This document shows, one piece after another, positions 53,101-64,000 of a DNA stretch of 64,000 nucleotides. A program made the translations under genes and the position numbers. The stretch lies in assembly GCF_009914755.1 (NCBI RefSeq), contig NC_060942.1; one strand, written 5' to 3'. Source of the stretch: the human T2T-CHM13v2.0 reference genome, Homo sapiens. The notes below the pieces were generated by a model, which saw only the letters and a program-made list of their open reading frames with translations, ran no database searches and was not told the origin of the DNA. Every line of letters starts with the position of its first letter. Positions within the stretch are counted from its first letter, which is position 1.

Positions 53101-56100
53101 TAGTTTTGAGGATTTCGTTGGAAGCGGGAATTCATACAAATTGCAGACTGCAGCGTTGTGAGAAACATCTTTGTGATGTTTGTATTCAGGACACAGAGTT
53201 GAACATTCCCTATCATAGAGCAGGTTTGAATCACTCCTCTTGTAGTATCTGGAAGTGGACATTTGGAGCGCTTTCAGGCCTATGTTGGAAAAGGAAATAT
53301 CTTCCCATAACAACTAGACAGAAGCATTCTCAGAAACTTATTTGAGATGTGTGTACTCAACTAAGAGAATTGAACCACCGTTTTGAAGGAGCAGTTTTGA
53401 AACTCTCTTTTTCTGGAATCTGCAAGTGGATATTTGGCTAGCTTTGGGGATTTCGCTGGAAGCGGGAATACATATAAAAAGCACACAGCAGCGTTCTGAG
53501 AAACTGCTTTCTGATGTTTGCATTCAAGTCAAAAGTTGAACACTCCCTTTCATAGAGCAGTCTTGAAACACCCCTTTTGTAGTATCTGGAACTGGACTTT
53601 TGGAGCGATTTCAGGGCTAAGGTGAAAAAGGAAATATCTTCCCATAAAAACTGGACAGAAGCATTCTCAGAAACTTGTTTATGCTGTATCTACTCAACTA
53701 ACAAAGTTGAACCTTTCTTTTGATAGAGCAGTTTTGAAATGGTCTTTTTGTGGAATCTGCAAGTGGATATTTGGCTAGTTTTGAGGATTTCGTTGGAAGC
53801 GGGAATTCATACAAATTGCAGACTGCAGCGTTCTGAGAAACATCTTTGTGATGTTTGTATTCAGGACACAGAGTTGAACATTCCCTATCATAGAGCAGGT
53901 TGGAATCACTCCTTTTGTAGTATCTGGAAGTGGACATTTGGAGCGCTTTCAGGCCTATTTTGGAAAGGGAAATATCTTCCCGTAACAACTATGCAGAAGC
54001 ATTCTCAGAAACTTGTTTGTGATGTGTGCCCTCTACTGACAGAGTTGAACCTTTCTTTTCATAGAGCAGTTTTGAAACACTCTTTTTGTAGAATCTGCAA
54101 GAGGATATTTGCATAGCTTTGAGGATTTCGTGGGAAACGGGATTGTCTTCAGGTAAAATCTAGACAGAAGCATTCTCAGAAACTTCTTTGGGATGTTTGC
54201 ATTCAAGTCACAGAGTAGAACATTCCCTTTGGTAGAGCAGGTTTGAAACACTCTTTTTGTAGTATCTGGAAGTGGACATTTGGAGCGCTTTCAGGCCCAT
54301 GTTGGAAAGGGAAATATCTTCCCGTAACAACTAGGCAGAAGCATTCTCAGAAACTTATTTGAGATGTGTGTACTCAACTAAGAGAATTGAACCACCGTTT
54401 TGAAGGAGCAGTTTTGAAACACTCTTTTTCTGGAATCTGCAAGAGTATATTTGCCTAGCCTTGAGGATTTCGTTGGAAACGGGATTGTCTTCAGAGAAAA
54501 TCTAGACAGAAGCATTCTCAGAAACTTCTTTGGGATGTTTGCATTCAAGTCACAGAGTAGAACATTCCCTTTGGTAGAGCAGGTTTGAAACACTCTTTTT
54601 TTAGTATATGGAAGTGGACATTTGGATCGCTTTCAGGCCTACGTTGGAAAAGGAAATATCTTCCCATAACAACTAGACAGAAGCATTCTCAGAAACTAGT
54701 TTCTGATGTGTGTCCTCAACTAACACAGTTGAACATTTCTTTAGACAGAACAGTTTTGAAACACTCTTTTTGTGGAATCTGCAAGTGGCTATTTGGCTAG
54801 ATTTGAGGATTTCGTTGGAAACGGGATTACATATAAAAAGCAGTCAGCAGCATTCTCAGAAAGTTCTTTGTGATGATTGCATTCAAGTCACAGAATTGAA
54901 CATTCCCTTTCACAGAGCAGGTTTGAAACACTCTTTTTGTAGTGTGTGTAAGTGGACATTTGGAGCACTTACCGGCCTAAGGTGAAAAAGGAAATATCTT
55001 CCCATAAAAACTAGACAGAAGCATTCTCAGAAACTTACTCGTGATGTGTGTCCTCAACTAAAGGAGTAGAACCTTTCTTTTCATAGAGAAGTTTTGAAAC
55101 GCTCTTTTTGTGGAATCTGCAAGTGGATATTTGGCTAGTTTTGAGGATTTCGTTGGAAGCGGGAATTCATACAAATTGCAGACTGCAGCGTTCTGAGAAA
55201 CATCTTTGTGATGTTTGTATTCAGGACACAGAGTTGAACATTCCCTATCATAGAGCAGGTTGGAATCACTCCTTTTGTAGTATCTGGAAGTGGACATTTG
55301 GAGCGCTTTCAGGCCTATGTTGGAAAAGGAAATATCTTCCCATAACAACTAGACAGAAGCATTCTCAGAAACTTATTTGAGATGTGTGTACTCAACTAAG
55401 AGAATTGAACCACCGTTTTGAAGGAGCAGTTTTGAAACTCTCTTTTTCTGGAATCTGCAAGTGGATATTTGGCTAGCTTTGGGGATTTCGCTGGAAGCGG
55501 GAATACATATAAAAAGCACACAGCAGCGTTCTGAGAAACTGCTTTCTGATGTTTGCATTCAAGTCAAAAGTTGAACACTCCCTTTCATAGAGCAGTCTTG
55601 AAACACCCCTTTTGTAGTATCTGGAACTGGACTTTTGGAGCGATTTCAGGGCTAAGGTGAAAAAGGAAATATCTTCCCATAAAAACTGGACAGAAGCATT
55701 CTCAGAAACTTGTTTATGCTGTATCTACTCAACTAACAAAGTTGAACCTTTCTTTTGATAGAGCAGTTTTGAAATGGTCTTTTTGTGGAATCTGCAAGTG
55801 GATATTTGGCTAGTTTTGAGGATTTCGTTGGAAGCGGGAATTCATACAAATTGCAGACTGCAGCGTTCTGAGAAACATCTTTGTGATGTTTGTATTCAGG
55901 ACACAGAGTTGAACATTCCCTATCATAGAGCAGGTTGGAATCACTCCTTTTGTAGTATCTGGAAGTGGACATTTGGAGCGCTTTCAGGCCTATTTTGGAA
56001 AGGGAAATATCTTCCCGTAACAACTATGCAGAAGCATTCTCAGAAACTTGTTTGTGATGTGTGCCCTCTACTGACAGAGTTGAACCTTTCTTTTCATAGA

Positions 56101-59100
56101 GCAGTTTTGAAACACTCTTTTTGTAGAATCTGCAAGAGGATATTTGCATAGCTTTGAGGATTTCGTGGGAAACGGGATTGTCTTCAGGTAAAATCTAGAC
56201 AGAAGCATTCTCAGAAACTTCTTTGGGATGTTTGCATTCAAGTCACAGAGTAGAACATTCCCTTTGGTAGAGCAGGTTTGAAACACTCTTTTTGTAGTAT
56301 CTGGAAGTGGACATTTGGAGCGCTTTCAGGCCCATGTTGGAAAGGGAAATATCTTCCCGTAACAACTAGGCAGAAGCATTCTCAGAAACTTATTTGAGAT
56401 GTGTGTACTCAACTAAGAGAATTGAACCACCGTTTTGAAGGAGCAGTTTTGAAACACTCTTTTTCTGGAATCTGCAAGAGTATATTTGCCTAGCCTTGAG
56501 GATTTCGTTGGAAACGGGATTGTCTTCAGAGAAAATCTAGACAGAAGCATTCTCAGAAACTTCTTTGGGATGTTTGCATTCAAGTCACAGAGTAGAACAT
56601 TCCCTTTGGTAGAGCAGGTTTGAAACACTCTTTTTTTAGTATATGGAAGTGGACATTTGGATCGCTTTCAGGCCTACGTTGGAAAAGGAAATATCTTCCC
56701 ATAACAACTAGACAGAAGCATTCTCAGAAACTAGTTTCTGATGTGTGTCCTCAACTAACACAGTTGAACATTTCTTTAGACAGAACAGTTTTGAAACACT
56801 CTTTTTGTGGAATCTGCAAGTGGCTATTTGGCTAGATTTGAGGATTTCGTTGGAAACGGGATTACATATAAAAAGCAGTCAGCAGCATTCTCAGAAAGTT
56901 CTTTGTGATGATTGCATTCAAGTCACAGAATTGAACATTCCCTTTCACAGAGCAGGTTTGAAACACTCTTTTTGTAGTGTGTGTAAGTGGACATTTGGAG
57001 CACTTACCGGCCTAAGGTGAAAAAGGAAATATCTTCCCATAAAAACTAGACAGAAGCATTCTCAGAAACTTACTCGTGATGTGTGTCCTCAACTAAAGGA
57101 GTAGAACCTTTCTTTTCATAGAGAAGTTTTGAAACGCTCTTTTTGTGGAATCTGCAAGTGGATATTTGGCTAGTTTTGAGGATTTCGTTGGAAGCGGGAA
57201 TTCATACAAATTGCAGACTGCAGCGTTCTGAGAAACATCTTTGTGATGTTTGTATTCAGGACACAGAGTTGAACATTCCCTATCATAGAGCAGGTTGGAA
57301 TCACTCCTTTTGTAGTATCTGGAAGTGGACATTTGGAGTGCTTTCAGGCCTATGTTGGAAAAGGAAATATCTTCCCATAACAACTAGACAGAAGCATTCT
57401 CAGAAACTTATTTGAGATGTGTGTACTCAACTAAGAGAATTGAACCACCGTTTTGAAGGAGCAGTTTTGAAACACTCTTTTTCTGGAATCTGCAAGTGGA
57501 TATTTGGCTAGCTTTGGGGATTTCGCTGGAAGCGGGAATACATATAAAAAGCACACAGCAGCGTTCTGAGAAACTGCTTTCTGATGTTTGCATTCAAGTC
57601 AAAAGTTGAACACTCCCTTTCATAGAGCAGTCTTGAAACACCCCTTTTGTAGTATCTGGAACTGGACTTTTGGAGCGATTTCAGGGCTAAGGTGAAAAAG
57701 GAAATATCTTCCCATAAAAACTGGACAGAAGCATTCTCAGAAACTTGTTTATGCTGTATCTACTCAACTAACAAAGTTGAACCTTTCTTTTGATAGAGCA
57801 GTTTTGAAATGGTCTTTTTGTGGAATCTGCAAGTGGATATTTGGCTAGTTTTGAGGATTTCGTTGGAAGCGGGAATTCATACAAATTGCAGACTGCAGCG
57901 TTCTGAGAAACATCTTTGTGATGTTTGTATTCAGGACACAGAGTTGAACATTCCCTATCATAGAGCAGGTTGGAATCACTCCTTTTGTAGTATCTGGAAG
58001 TGGACATTTGGAGCGCTTTCAGGCCTATTTTGGAAAGGGAAATATCTTCCCGTAACAACTATGCAGAAGCATTCTCAGAAACTTGTTTGTGATGTGTGCC
58101 CTCTACTGACAGAGTTGAACCTTTCTTTTCATAGAGCAGTTTTGAAACACTCTTTTTGTAGAATCTGTAAGAGGATATTTGCATAGCTTTGAGGATTTCG
58201 TGGGAAACGGGATTGTCTTCAGGTAAAATCTAGACAGAAGCATTCTCAGAAACTTCTTTGGGATGTTTGCATTCAAGTCACAGAGTAGAACATTCCCTTT
58301 GGTAGAGCAGGTTTGAAACACTCTTTTTGTAGTATCTGGAAGTGGACATTTGGAGCGCTTTCAGGCCCATGTTGGAAAGGGAAATATCTTCCCATAACAA
58401 CTAGGCAGAAGCATTCTCAGAAACTTATTTGAGATGTGTGTACTCAACTAAGAGAATTGAACCACCGTTTTGAAGGAGCAGTTTTGAAACACTCTTTTTC
58501 TGGAATCTGCAAGAGTATATTTGCCTAGCCTTGAGGATTTCGTTGGAAACGGGATTGTCTTCAGAGAAAATCTAGACAGAAGCATTCTCAGAAACTTCTT
58601 TGGGATGTTTGCATTCAAGTCACAGAGTAGAACATTCCCTTTGGTAGAGCAGGTTTGAAACACTCTTTTTTTAGTATATGGAAGTGGACATTTGGATCGC
58701 TTTCAGGCCTACGTTGGAAAAGGAAATATCTTCCCATAACAACTAGACAGAAGCATTCTCAGAAACTAGTTTCTGATGTGTGTCCTCAACTAACACAGTT
58801 GAACATTTCTTTAGACAGAACAGTTTTGAAACACTCTTTTTGTGGAATCTGCAAGTGGCTATTTGGCTAGATTTGAGGATTTCGTTGGAAACGGGATTAC
58901 ATATAAAAAGCAGTCAGCAGCATTCTCAGAAAGTTCTTTGTGATGATTGCATTCAAGTCACAGAATTGAACATTCCCTTTCACAGAGCAGGTTTGAAACA
59001 CTCTTTTTGTAGTGTGTGTAAGTGGACATTTGGAGCACTTACCGGCCTAAGGTGAAAAAGGAAATATCTTCCCATAAAAACTAGACAGAAGCATTCTCAG

Positions 59101-62100
59101 AAACTTACTCGTGATGTGTGTCCTCAACTAAAGGAGTAGAACCTTTCTTTTCATAGAGAAGTTTTGAAACGCTCTTTTTGTGGAATCTGCAAGTGGATAT
59201 TTGGCTAGTTTTGAGGATTTCGTTGGAAGCGGGAATTCATACAAATTGCAGACTGCAGCGTTCTGAGAAACATCTTTGTGATGTTTGTATTCAGGACACA
59301 GAGTTGAACATTCCCTATCATAGAGCAGGTTTGAATCACTCCTTTTGTAGTATCTGGAAGTGGACATTTGGAGTGCTTTCAGGCCTATGTTGGAAAAGGA
59401 AATATCTTCCCATAACAACTAGACAGAAGCATTCTCAGAAACTTATTTGAGATGTGTGTACTCAACTAAGAGAATTGAACCACCGTTTTGAAGGAGCAGT
59501 TTTGAAACACTCTTTTTCTGGAATCTGCAAGTGGATATTTGGCTAGCTTTGGGGATTTCGCTGGAAGCGGGAATACATATAAAAAGCACACAGCAGCGTT
59601 CTGAGAAACTGCTTTCTGATGTTTGCATTCAAGTCAAAAGTTGAACACTCCCTTTCATAGAGCAGTCTTGAAACACCCCTTTTGTAGTATCTGGAACTGG
59701 ACTTTTGGAGCGATTTCAGGGCTAAGGTGAAAAAGGAAATATCTTCCCATAAAAACTAGACAGAAGCATTCTCAGAAACTTGGTTATGCTGTATCTACTC
59801 AACTAACAAAGTTGAACCTTTCTTTTGATAGAGCAGTTTTGAAATGGTCTTTTTGTGGAATCTGCAAGTGGATATTTGGCTAGTTTTGAGGATTTCGTTG
59901 GAAGCGGGAATTCATACAAATTGCAGACTGCAGCGTTCTGAGAAACATCTTTGTGATGTTTGTATTCAGGACACAGAGTTGAACATTCCCTATCATAGAG
60001 CAGGTTGGAATCACTCCTTTTGTAGTATCTGGAAGTGGACATTTGGAGCGCTTTCAGGCCTATTTTGGAAAGGGAAATATCTTCCCGTAACAACTATGCA
60101 GAAGCATTCTCAGAAACTTGTTTGTGATGTGTGCCCTCTACTGACAGAGTTGAACCTTTCTTTTCATAGAGCAGTTTTGAAACACTCTTTTTGTAGAATC
60201 TGCAAGAGGATATTTGCATAGCTTTGAGGATTTCGTGGGAAACGGGATTGTCTTCAGGTAAAATCTAGACAGAAGCATTCTCAGAAACTTCTTTGGGATG
60301 TTTGCATTCAAGTCACAGAGTAGAACATTCCCTTTGGTAGAGCAGGTTTGAAACACTCTTTTTGTAGTATCTGGAAGTGGACATTTGGAGCGCTTTCAGG
60401 CCCATGTTGGAAAGGGAAATATCTTCCCGTAACAACTAGGCAGAAGCATTCTCAGAAACTTATTTGAGATGTGTGTACTCAACTAAGAGAATTGAACCAC
60501 CGTTTTGAAGGAGCAGTTTTGAAACACTCTTTTTCTGGAATCTGCAAGAGTATATTTGCCTAGCCTTGAGGATTTCGTTGGAAACGGGATTGTCTTCAGA
60601 GAAAATCTAGACAGAAGCATTCTCAGAAACTTCTTTGGGATGTTTGCATTCAAGTCACAGAGTAGAACATTCCCTTTGGTAGAGCAGGTTTGAAACACTC
60701 TTTTTTTAGTATATGGAAGTGGACATTTGGATCGCTTTCAGGCCTACGTTGGAAAAGGAAATATCTTCCCATAACAACTAGACAGAAGCATTCTCAGAAA
60801 CTAGTTTCTGATGTGTGTCCTCAACTAACACAGTTGAACATTTCTTTAGACAGAACAGTTTTGAAACACTCTTTTTGTGGAATCTGCAAGTGGCTATTTG
60901 GCTAGATTTGAGGATTTCGTTGGAAACGGGATTACATATAAAAAGCAGTCAGCAGCATTCTCAGAAAGTTCTTTGTGATGATTGCATTCAAGTCACAGAA
61001 TTGAACATTCCCTTTCACAGAGCAGGTTTGAAACACTCTTTTTGTAGTGTGTGTAAGTGGACATTTGGAGCACTTACCGGCCTAAGGTGAAAAAGGAAAT
61101 ATCTTCCCATAAAAACTAGACAGAAGCATTCTCAGAAACTTACTCGTGATGTGTGTCCTCAACTAAAGGAGTAGAACCTTTCTTTTCATAGAGAAGTTTT
61201 GAAACGCTCTTTTTGTGGAATCTGCAAGTGGATATTTGGCTAGTTTTGAGGATTTCGTTGGAAGCGGGAATTCATACAAATTGCAGACTGCAGCGTTCTG
61301 AGAAACATCTTTGTGATGTTTGTATTCAGGACACAGAGTTGAACATTCCCTATCATAGAGCAGGTTTGAATCACTCCTTTTGTAGTATCTGGAAGTGGAC
61401 ATTTGGAGCGCTTTCAGGCCTATGTTGGAAAAGGAAATATCTTCCCATAACAACTAGACAGAAGCATTCTCAGAAACTTATTTGAGATGTGTGTACTCAA
61501 CTAAGAGAATTGAACCACCGTTTTGAAGGAGCAGTTTTGAAACTCTCTTTTTCTGGAATCTGCAAGTGGATATTTGGCTAGCTTTGGGGATTTCGCTGGA
61601 AGCGGGAATACATATAAAAAGCACACAGCAGCGTTCTGAGAAACTGCTTTCTGATGTTTGCATTCAAGTCAAAAGTTGAACACTCCCTTTCATAGAGCAG
61701 TCTTGAAACACCCCTTTTGTAGTATCTGGAACTGGACTTTTGGAGCGATTTCAGGGCTAAGGTGAAAAAGGAAATATCTTCCCATAAAAACTGGACAGAA
61801 GCATTCTCAGAAACTTGTTTATGCTGTATCTACTCAACTAACAAAGTTGAACCTTTCTTTTGATAGAGCAGTTTTGAAATGGTCTTTTTGTGGAATCTGC
61901 AAGTGGATATTTGGCTAGTTTTGAGGATTTCGTTGGAAGCGGGAATTCATACAAATTGCAGACTGCAGCGTTCTGAGAAACATCTTTGTGATGTTTGTAT
62001 TCAGGACAGAGAGTTGAACATTCCCTATCATAGAGCAGGTTGGAATCACTCCTTTTGTAGTATCTGGAAGTGGACATTTGGAGCGCTTTCAGGCCTATTT

Positions 62101-64000
62101 TGGAAAGGGAAATATCTTCCCGTAACAACTATGCAGAAGCATTCTCAGAAACTTGTTTGTGATGTGTGCCCTCTACTGACAGAGTTGAACCTTTCTTTTC
62201 ATAGAGCAGTTTTGAAACACTCTTTTTGTAGAATCTGCAAGAGGATATTTGCATAGCTTTGAGGATTTCGTGGGAAACGGGATTGTCTTCAGGTAAAATC
62301 TAGACAGAAGCATTCTCAGAAACTTCTTTGGGATGTTTGCATTCAAGTCACAGAGTAGAACATTCCCTTTGGTAGAGCAGGTTTGAAACACTCTTTTTGT
62401 AGTATCTGGAAGTGGACATTTGGAGCGCTTTCAGGCCCATGTTGGAAAGGGAAATATCTTCCCGTAACAACTAGGCAGAAGCATTCTCAGAAACTTATTT
62501 GAGATGTGTGTACTCAACTAAGAGAATTGAACCACCGTTTTGAAGGAGCAGTTTTGAAACACTCTTTTTCTGGAATCTGCAAGAGTATATTTGCCTAGCC
62601 TTGAGGATTTCGTTGGAAACGGGATTGTCTTCAGAGAAAATCTAGACAGAAGCATTCTCAGAAACTTCTTTGGGATGTTTGCATTCAAGTCACAGAGTAG
62701 AACATTCCCTTTGGTAGAGCAGGTTTGAAACACTCTTTTTTTAGTATATGGAAGTGGACATTTGGAGCGCTTTCAGGCCTACGTTGGAAAAGGAAATATC
62801 TTCCCATAACAACTAGACAGAAGCATTCTCAGAAACTAGTTTCTGATGTGTGTCCTCAACTAACACAGTTGAACATTTCTTTAGACAGAACAGTTTTGAA
62901 ACACTCTTTTTGTGGAATCTGCAAGTGGCTATTTGGCTAGATTTGAGGATTTCGTTGGAAACGGGATTACATATAAAAAGCAGTCAGCAGCATTCTCAGA
63001 AAGTTCTTTGTGATGATTGCATTCAAGTCACAGAATTGAACATTCCCTTTCACAGAGCAGGTTTGAAACACTCTTTTTGTAGTGTGTGTAAGTGGACATT
63101 TGGAGCACTTACCGGCCTAAGGTGAAAAAGGAAATATCTTCCCATAAAAACTAGACAGAAGCATTCTCAGAAACTTACTCGTGATGTGTGTCCTCAACTA
63201 AAGGAGTAGAACCTTTCTTTTCATAGAGAAGTTTTGAAACGCTCTTTTTGTGGAATCTGCAAGTGGATATTTGGCTAGTTTTGAGGATTTCGTTGGAAGC
63301 GGGAATTCATACAAATTGCAGACTGCAGCGTTCTGAGAAACATCTTTGTGATGTTTGTATTCAGGACACAGAGTTGAACATTCCCTATCATAGAGCAGGT
63401 TGGAATCACTCCTTTTGTAGTATCTGGAAGTGGACATTTGGAGCGCTTTCAGGCCTATGTTGGAAAAGGAAATATCTTCCCATAACAACTAGACAGAAGC
63501 ATTCTCAGAAACTTATTTGAGATGTGTGTACTCAACTAAGAGAATTGAACCACCGTTTTGAAGGAGCAGTTTTGAAACTCTCTTTTTCTGGAATCTGCAA
63601 GTGGATATTTGGCTAGCTTTGGGGATTTCGCTGGAAGCGGGAATACATATAAAAAGCACACAGCAGCGTTCTGAGAAACTGCTTTCTGATGTTTGCATTC
63701 AAGTCAAAAGTTGAACACTCCCTTTCATAGAGCAGTCTTGAAACACCCCTTTTGTAGTATCTGGAACTGGACTTTTGGAGCGATTTCAGGGCTAAGGTGA
63801 AAAAGGAAATATCTTCCCATAAAAACTGGACAGAAGCATTCTCAGAAACTTGGTTATGCTGTATCTACTCAACTAACAAAGTTGAACCTTTCTTTTGATA
63901 GAGCAGTTTTGAAATGGTCTTTTTGTGGAATCTGCAAGTGGATATTTGGCTAGTTTTGAGGATTTCGTTGGAAGCGGGAATTCATACAAATTGCAGACTG
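44167..64000 (+). repeat. 9 canonical 12-mer HORs (units 22-30) plus a partial unit 31 truncated by the window end
   Basis: Unit starts are 44167, 46202, 48237, 50272, 52307, 54342, 56377, 58412, 60447 and 62482, all spaced 2035 bp apart. Confidence 0.96.

Larger units (their letters stand above)
1..64000 (+). repeat. Alpha-satellite higher-order repeat array (centromeric), 12-mer HOR of 2035 bp; best match human chr18 D18Z1 (SF2, dimeric)
   Basis: Seen: ~171-bp monomers starting CATTCTCAGAAA/CGTTCTGAGAAA at 86, 257, 428, 591, 762, 929, 1100, 1267, 1437, 1604, 1775, 1946, 2117. The ORF track repeats every 2035 bp, and all CENP-B boxes lie on the same strand. Alpha-satellite identity is essentially certain. 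The chr18 assignment rests on recalled features (12-mer of ~2.0 kb, EcoRI ~0.68/1.36 kb fragments, alternating B/A monomers) and is less certain (~0.8). Confidence 0.97.

Noticed and set aside
122-63698. Numerous 61-125 aa ORFs on both strands, repeated every 2035 bp
   Set aside because: They are translations of alpha-satellite monomers: overlapping in several frames and strands, with no recognisable domain or gene structure, and freely gaining stops (e.g. 4434, 40415). Similar database 'proteins' would be spurious annotations. I used them only as variant markers.
1-64000. CRISPR-like pattern of recurring CAGAAGCATTCTCAGAAAC motifs with 'spacers'
   Set aside because: The intervening sequences are ~150 bp, homologous to each other and repeated in fixed order, and there are no cas genes. 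This is a satellite monomer structure.
1-64000. Mobile element insertion (L1/Alu) or inversion within the array
   Set aside because: The period is fully accounted for by 2031/2035/2710-bp units. There is no foreign sequence, poly-A tail or strand switch of CENP-B boxes.
1-64000. A previously undescribed biological system or encoded message in the SNV pattern
   Set aside because: All structure is explained by known alpha-satellite HOR organisation and turnover (unequal exchange, conversion, CpG decay). Nothing in the sequence supports a new system.

Overview
The whole 64-kb window is an uninterrupted, head-to-tail array of primate alpha-satellite DNA, i.e. centromeric repeat. I found no genes, RNA genes, transposon insertions, inversions or CRISPR arrays. 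The basic unit is a 2035-bp, 12-monomer higher-order repeat (HOR) with monomers of 167-171 bp. A CENP-B box occurs in every second monomer, alternating with pJ-alpha/A-box-type monomers (dimeric organisation). Two EcoRI sites per HOR give 675 + 1360 bp fragments. These features best match the active human chromosome 18 array D18Z1 (suprachromosomal family 2); this assignment is from recall, not a search. Numbering units from the CATTCTCAGAAA monomer start at 86 (my own m1-m12 numbering), there are 30 complete HORs plus partial ends: 28 are 12-mers (the first has a 4-bp deletion) and 2 are adjacent 2710-bp 16-mer variants at 38747-44166. All listed ORFs are repeat by-products. I did not find a new biological system. 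The informative signal is the array's recent evolutionary record: a tandemly duplicated 16-mer with a mosaic junction, one broken CENP-B box, hybrid monomers, alleles matching sister monomers, and SNV haplotype blocks recurring at multi-HOR distances. Variants were read by eye with help from the ORF track, so some may have been missed.
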